From: an uncultured Candidatus Cloacimonas sp.
Lineage (GTDB): Bacteria > Cloacimonadota > Cloacimonadia > Cloacimonadales > Cloacimonadaceae
Reading direction: 5' to 3'
DNA: 29,238 nt
Assembly (NCBI GenBank): GCA_964588075.1
Contig: CAZPNU010000027.1
Coordinates: 1 to 29,238 of the forward strand
Part shown: piece after piece, positions 7,519 to 15,800 of the stretch
How positions within the stretch are numbered: position 1 is the first letter of the stretch
Layout: the number at the start of each line of letters is the position of its first letter
Translations under genes and position numbers: made by a program
Notes under the pieces: generated by a model
What the model was told of the DNA's origin: nothing
Databases searched by the model: none
The model's input: the letters and a program-made list of their open reading frames with translations, nothing else

Positions 7519-10500
7519 ATGCCCACAACAGAACAACTTCGCCAAAAGCTGATAAATAAACTCAAAGAACTGTTCCAACTCAATCAACCAGATCTGGATT
7601 TCGGTTTCTATCGGATTATGCATGCCAAAGCTGAACAGGTTAGCAGTTTCATTGAAAATGACCTCCTCCAAGTAATCCAGGAAACCTTTGGACAAGCGGA
7701 TGAAACCAAGAAAGACAAGCTAAAACAAGAACTGGACAATGCAATCCAGACCGCCATAGATTTCGGAGCACCAGACCCTGATGTTACTCCCAAAGTGATG
7801 GAAGCACGTGCCAAGTATGAAGCTATCAAAGATAGTGCCGGTTCCGAAGCAGAGATTTATGACCACCTCTACCGTTTCTTTGAGCGGTATTACGATGATG
7901 GAGACTTTATCTCCAGACGTTACTATACCAGAGAAACACCGGGAAAAGCAGCACCATTCTCCATACCTTACAACGGAGAAGAAGTCAAGCTGCATTGGGC
8001 AAATGCAGACCAGTACTACATAAAAACCACCGAGTATTTTGCCAATTACACTGTCAATCTGACCGAAGCTGTTAAGAATTTGAAAGAGAACAAGAAACGC
8101 AATGATGAAGAGATCGATCTTGAAGACAGCAGTGTTCCAGAGGGCTTAAAGCTGCACTTCCGCATTGTTGACGCCACCGAGGGCGAACATGCCAATGTGA
8201 AAGCCAGTGATGCTACCAAACGCTATTTTGCTATTCACAAAGAAAGACCAATTGAGCTGAACGACAAAAATGAGCTTGTTATCAACTTTGAATACAAGCC
8301 TACCACTGATAAAGCCAGACAAGATACCCTAAACCAGGAAGCAGTAGCACTGGTTATCAATGCCCTAAAAGACTTTGAACCACGAAATACCCGAAAAGAC
8401 ACGAAAATGGAATCTGAAGAAGAACCACAAAATACACAGAAATTCGCAGAAGCATTATTTGAGGAAGAGCTACAATATCCCATGACAAACAATTGTACTT
8501 CCTTACAAAATGAGCTTTCGTGTGCTTTCGTGCCTTTCGTGGCTAAGGATTACTTGAATGCTCTTTCCACCAGCATTCCCACTGATAAAGATAAAGACCG
8601 AATCCTATTGACCAAGTACATAAACCAATATACAGCACGTAATACGATGGACTATTTCATTCATAAAAACCTTGGTGCATTCCTCAAACGAGAGCTGGAT
8701 TTCTATATTAAAAACGAGATTATGCGCCTGGATGATATCGAAAACGCCGAAGCTCCCAAGGTGGAAGACTACCTCGCCAAGATCAAAGTCCTGAGAAAAA
8801 TCGCCATCAAACTCATAGAGTTTATGGCACAGCTTGAGGACTTCCAAAAGAAGCTCTGGCTCAAAAAGAAATTCGTGGTGGAGACAAACTACTGCATCAC
8901 TCTCGACAGGGTACCGGAAGAGCTTTATCCCCAAATCATAGCCAATAAAGAGCAGATAGATGAATGGATAAAGCTTTATGCCATTGATGAGATCGAAGGC
9001 GATACTACATGCCCAGCTTACACCAACCCTCTTACCCTGAACTTTCTCAAGGTTAACGACAAGCTGATGCTGGATACTCGCTTCTTTAGCGAGGTTTTCA
9101 AAGCCAAGCTGCTTAGTTCAATTCAAAACTTTGATGAAGAGTGCGATGGACTGCTCATACATAGCGAGAATTTCCAAGCCTTGGATTTGCTTCAAGAGAG
9201 GTATAGAGAGCAGGTTAAATGTGTTTATATTGACCCGCCTTATAACTCTAAAACAACGGAAATAGCTTACAAAAACACTTATAAACATTCATCATGGCTA
9301 AGTCTAATGCAAAACAGGTTTGAATTGAGTAACTCATTATCAACACAAGATGGGTCTCATATAGTTGCAATAGACGAAAACGAACAAGAAAACCTCGGGC
9401 GTTTGTTAAATGATGTTTTTCCAGATTATGAAATCATATGTATTGCAGTGATACATAACAAGAAGGGGATACAGGGTGATTATTTCTCTTATAACCACGA
9501 GTATGCTTTTTTTATAATTCCTAATCAACTCAAAGAGACTAATGGTATTTCGATATCCGAGAATGATTGGAAATACGATAATCTCAGGAAATGGGGCAGG
9601 GAATCAGAAAGAAATACTGCAAAAAACTGCTTCTACCCAATATTGGTTAAAGATAATAAGATAATTGGATTTGGTGATGTGTGTGATGTGGATTTTCATC
9701 CTGGGAAATCAATGGTACAAGTAGACGACATCATTTATATCTATCCAGTTGATTCACAAGGAATAGAAAGAAAATGGAGATATGCTCGAAACACTGTTGA
9801 ATCCATTGTACCACTTTTAAAAGTTTACAATACTCGAGATGCCGAGATTCAGATTGTTAAAGCCAAAGCAGAAAAAACATTGAAGACCGTTTGGGATGAC
9901 ACGAAGTACATAGCAGGAGATTATGGAACTAAGTGGTTAACTGATCTTGGCGTCAAGTTTAGTGAGACTTTATACCCCAAATCAATACATACAGTAATAG
10001 ACTCGATAACTGCGATTTCTGATGATACATCATATATTCTTGATTACTTTGGTGGATCTGGAACAACCGGTCATGCAGTTATAGATATTAACAGAGAGGA
10101 TAATGGAAAGCGTAAATATGTTCTCATAGAAATGGGAGATTATTATAACACAATACTTAAACCTCGTATCAGCAAGGTAGTTTATAGCAAAGATTGGAAA
10201 GATGGCAAGCCCAAGAATCGAGATACCGGTGTTAGCCACTGTTTCAAATATCTGCGTTTAGAAAGTTATGAGGACACTCTGAACAATCTGGTTCTGCAAA
10301 ACGAGCCCATCAGAGATAAAACCATTGCCGGTAATGATTCCCTCAAAGAGGATTATTTGTTACACTATATGCTGGATGTGGAAAGCAAAGGCAGCCAGAG
10401 TTTACTAAATATAGATGCTTTCAATGATCCCACCTCCTATTTGCTAAAAGTAAAAAAGCCCGGTAGCGATGAGTACACAGACAAAGCAGTGGACTTGATC

Positions 10501-10950
10501 GAGACCTTCAATTATCTGATCGGTCTTAGATTGGTGCATCTGGGGATTCCACAAACACTGACAGCTGCTTTTACCCGGATGAAAGACCCGGATTTACCTC
10601 AGGATCAGGATACCAAGCTGGTCATCAATGGAGATTTTAAACAGGTCGCAGATGGCAAATGGTGGATTCGCAAGGTAGAAGGCTGGGTCCCCAAGAATCC
10701 CTATAGTCCCAATGATGGCTTAAGAGAAAAAGTGCTCATCGTATGGCGCAAGCTGACCGGAAACCTAGAAGAGGATAACCTTATTCTGGACTCATGGTTC
10801 CAGAAGAACCGCATAAGCACTCTGGACTGGGAATTTGATACCATCTATGTAAATGGCAGTAACAACCTGCCTAACCTGCAAAAGGATGGTGATACCTGGA
10901 AGGTGCGGCTCATTGAGGAAGAATTTATGAAACGGATGTGGGAGCAATGA
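7519..10950 (+). CDS. Large beta-class N6-adenine (N6/N4 family, Type III Mod-like) DNA methyltransferase with long N- and C-terminal extensions
   Basis: Motif IV DPPYN is at aa 572-576 (nt 9232-9246) and precedes motif I FGGSGTTG at aa 844-851 (nt 10048-10071). This is the beta permutation, with about 270 aa (a putative TRD) between the motifs. The roughly 570-aa N-terminal and 290-aa C-terminal regions have no motif I recognise. Confidence 0.85.
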   Translation: MPTTEQLRQKLINKLKELFQLNQPDLDFGFYRIMHAKAEQVSSFIENDLLQVIQETFGQADETKKDKLKQELDNAIQTAIDFGAPDPDVTPKVMEARAKYEAIKDSAGSEAEIYDHLYRFFERYYDDGDFISRRYYTRETPGKAAPFSIPYNGEEVKLHWANADQYYIKTTEYFANYTVNLTEAVKNLKENKKRNDEEIDLEDSSVPEGLKLHFRIVDATEGEHANVKASDATKRYFAIHKERPIELNDKNELVINFEYKPTTDKARQDTLNQEAVALVINALKDFEPRNTRKDTKMESEEEPQNTQKFAEALFEEELQYPMTNNCTSLQNELSCAFVPFVAKDYLNALSTSIPTDKDKDRILLTKYINQYTARNTMDYFIHKNLGAFLKRELDFYIKNEIMRLDDIENAEAPKVEDYLAKIKVLRKIAIKLIEFMAQLEDFQKKLWLKKKFVVETNYCITLDRVPEELYPQIIANKEQIDEWIKLYAIDEIEGDTTCPAYTNPLTLNFLKVNDKLMLDTRFFSEVFKAKLLSSIQNFDEECDGLLIHSENFQALDLLQERYREQVKCVYIDPPYNSKTTEIAYKNTYKHSSWLSLMQNRFELSNSLSTQDGSHIVAIDENEQENLGRLLNDVFPDYEIICIAVIHNKKGIQGDYFSYNHEYAFFIIPNQLKETNGISISENDWKYDNLRKWGRESERNTAKNCFYPILVKDNKIIGFGDVCDVDFHPGKSMVQVDDIIYIYPVDSQGIERKWRYARNTVESIVPLLKVYNTRDAEIQIVKAKAEKTLKTVWDDTKYIAGDYGTKWLTDLGVKFSETLYPKSIHTVIDSITAISDDTSYILDYFGGSGTTGHAVIDINREDNGKRKYVLIEMGDYYNTILKPRISKVVYSKDWKDGKPKNRDTGVSHCFKYLRLESYEDTLNNLVLQNEPIRDKTIAGNDSLKEDYLLHYMLDVESKGSQSLLNIDAFNDPTSYLLKVKKPGSDEYTDKAVDLIETFNYLIGLRLVHLGIPQTLTAAFTRMKDPDLPQDQDTKLVINGDFKQVADGKWWIRKVEGWVPKNPYSPNDGLREKVLIVWRKLTGNLEEDNLILDSWFQKNRISTLDWEFDTIYVNGSNNLPNLQKDGDTWKVRLIEEEFMKRMWEQ
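8378..8544. repeat. Gene-less copy of the CACGAAA/TTTCGTG inverted arrays embedded in frame in the methyltransferase CDS
   Basis: The left-type arm at 8378-8407 is AACCACGAAATACCCGAAAAGACACGAAAA. A second, degenerate left-type copy lies at 8423-8442. The right-type arm at 8515-8544 is CTTTCGTGTGCTTTCGTGCCTTTCGTGGCT, 26/30 identical to 7471-7500. The two arms are 23/30 complementary. Confidence 0.85.
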
Positions 10951-11040
10951 TATCAAGACTAATGCTTGACGTATCTATACGAATGCAAAGAAGTGATTAT
11001 AAGATATGTGTAAATTAATTACGGCCAAATTGGAGAGAAG

Positions 11041-12171
11041 ATGAATAACGAGATTAGACACAAGCTAAAGAACATAGAGATAACCGGATTCAAGTCAATT
11101 GGCACAAAGCAGAGTATCTACTTTGGCGATATCAATGTCTTGATAGGTGCAAATGGAGTCGGCAAAAGCAATCTGGTTTCCTTTTTTCAGATGCTGAATC
11201 ACATCACTACTAGCGGACTGCAAATGTTTATTGGAAAGCAAGGATACGCGGATTCGCTCTTATATTATGGCTCTAGAAAAACTGAGCGTTTTACAGCAAA
11301 GTTAAGATTCGAAAATAACGAGTGGTATAACGAATATGATTTTGCACTTACACACTCATTCCAAGGGCAAATGATGTTTGCTTATGAAAATGCAAAATCC
11401 TTGAAGCTTTCATCATTTGCTAACCGTCAGAGATCGCCTAAGACATTAGGTACGGGACACCAGGAGAGTTTGTTAAAGGATAACAGCTCATTGCCTGTTG
11501 CAAAAATTCTGCTATCTGTTCTTGGCCGATGTAGAGCCTATCAGTTTCACGACACATCTGATAAGGCATTTATCAGACAACCAAGTGCTATTGACGATAA
11601 TCGCTTTCTGAAATCTGATGCAGGTAATCTCGGAGCTTACCTCTATACTATGAGAGCTAGCAAAACCGGAATACGTTACTATGAGCGCATAGTTAACAGG
11701 ATACAAAAGATTATGCCCCAGTTTGAAGCTTTTTTCCTAGAACCTGCTGTGGAGAATCCTTACTTGATAAAACTTCAATGGAGTGCGAAAGGGCACAATC
11801 ATATATTTGGGGCTCATCAAATATCTGATGGTTCATTGAGGTTTATGGCTTTGGCAACCTTACTATTACAACCTCCGGATTCACTTCCCAATGTGATCGT
11901 GATTGACGAACCTGAGCTTGGTCTGCACCCGGAAGCTTTAATTGACTTGGTGGGTATGATTAAGGTCGCAGCACAAAACTGTCAGATAATTCTATCTACC
12001 CAATCCTCTTTCCTATTGGATTTCTTCAATGTTAATGACATCATTGTAGTTGAGACCAAGGATGACTCAACTGTGTTCAACAGACTAGATCAAGATAAAC
12101 TTACAGAATGGGTCAAGGATTATACCATGTCCGAGTTATGGGAGAAAAACCTTATCGGGGGTCGCCCATGA
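11041..12171 (+). CDS. ABC/SMC-type ATPase (AAA_21/AAA_15-like) of the kind paired with Toprim/OLD-like partners
   Basis: Walker A GANGVGKS (nt 11146-11169). Signature-like ISDGSLRFMALATLL. Walker B/D-loop VIVIDEPELGLHP (from nt 11893). RBS GGAGAG before the ATG. Confidence 0.85.
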   Translation: MNNEIRHKLKNIEITGFKSIGTKQSIYFGDINVLIGANGVGKSNLVSFFQMLNHITTSGLQMFIGKQGYADSLLYYGSRKTERFTAKLRFENNEWYNEYDFALTHSFQGQMMFAYENAKSLKLSSFANRQRSPKTLGTGHQESLLKDNSSLPVAKILLSVLGRCRAYQFHDTSDKAFIRQPSAIDDNRFLKSDAGNLGAYLYTMRASKTGIRYYERIVNRIQKIMPQFEAFFLEPAVENPYLIKLQWSAKGHNHIFGAHQISDGSLRFMALATLLLQPPDSLPNVIVIDEPELGLHPEALIDLVGMIKVAAQNCQIILSTQSSFLLDFFNVNDIIVVETKDDSTVFNRLDQDKLTEWVKDYTMSELWEKNLIGGRP

Positions 12172-12842
12172 TCAGGCTACATGTGTTAGGGGAGGGACCA
12201 ACAGAGAAGAGATTTGTAGAGAGCTTGCTGGTTAATCACCTTATTCATCATCATGTTATTGTTGATGTATGTTGCTTTTTAACCAAGTATGTTCCCAAAA
12301 CTGGACAGCAGTTTAAGGGTGGAATAAGTAACTACGCTAAAGTTAGAAATGATATAGTAAAACGAATACGAACAGACAACCATGATGAATGCAGATTCAC
12401 CACGATGATTGATATGTATGGACTTCCAGATGATTTTCCGGGTTATCAAGAAGCCTTTAGGGTTAATGATCCCATCATTAAGGTAGAGATACTTGAATCT
12501 GCTTTTGCTCATGATATAGATGATCGCCGTTTTATACCCTATATTCAGTTGCATGAGTTTGAAGCTCTGATATTTTCTGATCCTAGCATGTTAATAAATG
12601 AGTACTTAGATAACGTACAGCAAATAGAAGGGCTTGTACAATTAAGCCAACAAATGGAACCTGAGATGATAAACGAAAATCCAAACACATCCCCATCGCA
12701 TAGGATTCTTAATGCAATCCCTGCTTATGATAAGCCATACGCTGGTAGCAAAATTACGGAAACGATCGGTTTAAACACTATAAGGCAGAGATGCCCTCAC
12801 TTCAATGAATGGCTAAGCAAACTTGAAGGCTTAAACAGCTAA
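12168..12842 (+). CDS. DUF4276-like (Toprim-like) protein, partner of the ATPase
   Basis: I place the start at ATG 12168, which overlaps the ATPase stop as ATGA; the ORF track starts at 12108 inside the ATPase. The N-terminus MIRLHVLGEGPTEKRFVESLL and the later HEFEALIFSDP resemble the DUF4276 family as I recall it. There is no HMM confirmation. Confidence 0.65.
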   Translation: MIRLHVLGEGPTEKRFVESLLVNHLIHHHVIVDVCCFLTKYVPKTGQQFKGGISNYAKVRNDIVKRIRTDNHDECRFTTMIDMYGLPDDFPGYQEAFRVNDPIIKVEILESAFAHDIDDRRFIPYIQLHEFEALIFSDPSMLINEYLDNVQQIEGLVQLSQQMEPEMINENPNTSPSHRILNAIPAYDKPYAGSKITETIGLNTIRQRCPHFNEWLSKLEGLNS

Positions 12843-15800
12843 TGGCTCGCAAAACAAGCTTACAAAACCATAAGTTCTCTAATAAACTGCTTCTTAACCA
12901 GTGGTTGATGAGTCAGTTTGGAATAGACCCGCTCTTGGAGTATAAGGATAATACCAAACCGTTTCACAAGCTGGCAGCACCAATCAGGGATAGTCGGCTG
13001 GAAGGCTATGATGCGGACGGATTGCATCGCTTTTATCATGAACTGGTGAATAGCGAGCTTTTTTACAATGAGTTCCATCCCATCAGCAAAGAGCAGCTAC
13101 GCATCTATGAGGAAAACATAGTATCACATACCAGAACGATAAACTACTTACGCAGTCGTCCAATTGTCTGGAAGTACTTTCAATGGCTAACCCTACTCTT
13201 TGTGGAAATCTATCTGGATCGCTATTTTACCGATAAAGCAAAGCTGCTGGATGATCTGAATATCTATCTAAAGAGATTTAATGAGAAGTGGACTGGCTTT
13301 CAGAACCTTGAGCCATACTCTTTTGACGATCTGAATAAACTTTGCCTGCAAAATGCTACGGGAAGTGGCAAGACCCTTTTGATGCATGTGAACCTCTTGC
13401 AGTTCAGGCATTATGCGAAAAAGACTCGTGAGGGAAGTGAGATATCCAGGGTAATCTTGCTAAGCCCCAATGAAAGGCTTAGTGAGCAGCATTTGGAAGA
13501 GCTTAAGATCAGCGGTTTCTATTCTGCCCAAAGACTAAAGGCCAAACAAGACGGCAGTATTGATATGGTCGATGTGATCGAAATCACTAAACTCGGTGAT
13601 ACAGAAGGACCAAATACAATTGCCACCCGAAGCCTTGGGGATCAAAACCTGCTATTGGTTGATGAAGGTCACCGGGGGATGAGCGGAAAAGATGAAGGTG
13701 TGTGGTTCACCAGACGGTCGGAGCTATGTGCCAAAGGCTTTACCTTTGAGTATTCTGCCACCTTCGCCCAGGCTGTTGCTGCTGCGAATAACCGAGCTTT
13801 TGAGGATAGCTATGCAAAAACAGTGATCTTCGACTATTCCTACAGGTGGTTTTACGAAGATGGCTTTGGCAAAGACTATCAGATATTGAACTTGCCCAAA
13901 ACCTATCAGCAGGTGCAGGATGTATATCTGACTGCCTGTCTGCTCAAATACTATCAGCAACTTAAAGTTTATGAAGATAAAAAACTGGATATTGTCCCCT
14001 TTAACCTAGAAAAACCCCTGTGGGTATTCGTGGGGAGTACTGTTACCAAGAAGAAAGGCAAGCAAGAGGTTGAGCTTCCAAGCGAAGAGTTATTGGCTGA
14101 TGTCGGTCAGATTATTGTCTTTATCGCAAAATTCCTTTCTAATGCACCTGTCTTCCAACGTAGTATAGAGCAAATTCTTTACGGAAGAGGAAGCAGTACA
14201 GGTTTACTGGATTATAATGGTAATGATATCTTCGCCAATTCCTTCAATTATCTACTCAAGACGGTTAATACTACGAATGGAACTTCAGAGATTTATCAAG
14301 ATATCTTGAGAACCTTGTTCAATAATCCTGCCAGTGGTCAGCTAAGATTGGATAGAATCAAAGGAGATTCAGGCGAGGTAGCTTTGTATCTTGGTAATAG
14401 CGACACACCCTTTGGATTGATCAATGTCGGGGATGCCAAAGGACTCTGCGACCACGTAGAGGAATATGCCAAGCACAATGATGTTCAGCTAACTGTGGAC
14501 GACAGCGACTTCACAGAAGCGATGTTTGCTTCAGTGAAGGATTCGTCATCTCCCATCAATCTATTGATCGGTTCCAAGAAGTTTGTAGAAGGGTGGGATT
14601 GCTGGCGTGTTAGCACCATGGGTTTGATGCATGTCGGTAAGAGCGAAGGAACGCAAATTATCCAGCTATTTGGGCGCGGTGTGCGCTTAAAAGGGTATGA
14701 GTGGAGTCTGAAGCGCAGTGGGCATACTTATGCCACAACAAAACCTGGATTCATTGAAGATATCGAAACCCTGAATGTCTTTGGCATCGAAGCTGACTTC
14801 ATGGATAAGTTCAGACAATTCTTACGTGATGAAGGCTTGCCTGGCAACGAGAAAAGGATGGTTGTTACTATCCCAATGAATGTAACCGCTGATTTTGGCA
14901 AGAAGCTGAAGATAATACGACCGAAAAAGAAGAAAGATGGCACTGAGTATGATTTTAAGAAGGACGGACCAGTACCTACCCTTGGCAGTATACCACAGTA
15001 CCTGCAAAACAATCCGGTAGTTTCAGACTGGTATCCCAGGATACAGACTATTAAGTCTCGTGGTGCTCAGCAGGATGGTCAAAAAGACCAAGTAAAATTG
15101 AAAAGTAGGCAAATCAGTCTATTGGATATGGATCGCCTGTATTTCGAACTGGAACGATTCAAACGAGAAAGAAGCTGGCACAATCTCAATCTCAGCAAAC
15201 AGGGGATTGTTAGCTTGTTATCAGACACATCTTGGTATCGGCTTTTTTTACCGGAAACCAGGCTCAATCCTCTAAACTATGATGAAGTGCTCATCCTCCA
15301 GCAAATCGCTACGGAACTGGTTAAGCGTTTCTGTGAAAAGTACTATAACTTCTGTAAAAAGGCATACATCGAGCCTCGGTTGGAATTGAGAGAGCTGACA
15401 GCAGATGACGACAATCTGCCTTCAGATAAAGAATATCAGTTGATTGTGGATGGCGATGATATCCAAGTAATCGAAGGAATCAAGAAGCTCAAAGATGAGA
15501 TCATCGTTAAGAAAGATCAGCTTTTGCAAGTGGGCGATCTCAAAGCCTGTAACTTTGGCAATCATCTCTTCCAGCCCTTGTTTCATGTGCGTCATGGTGG
15601 CAATATCACAATCCTGCCAGTCTCCTTAGGAGATAGCGAATACCAGTTTATTACTAACCTTAAAGAATGGTGCGAAAAGTATCAGAAAGATATGAAGGAT
15701 AAGGGACAGGAGCTATATCTTCTCCGCAATCTTAGCAGGGGCAAGGGAGTTGGCTTCTTTGAAGCAGGCAACTTCCATCCCGATTTCATTCTCTGGATAC

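Noticed and set aside
12108-12167. ORF-track N-terminal extension of the DUF4276 gene (start 12108)
   Set aside because: The extension lies entirely inside the ATPase CDS. The ATG at 12168 gives the family-typical MIRLHVLGEG N-terminus and an ATGA stop-start overlap.
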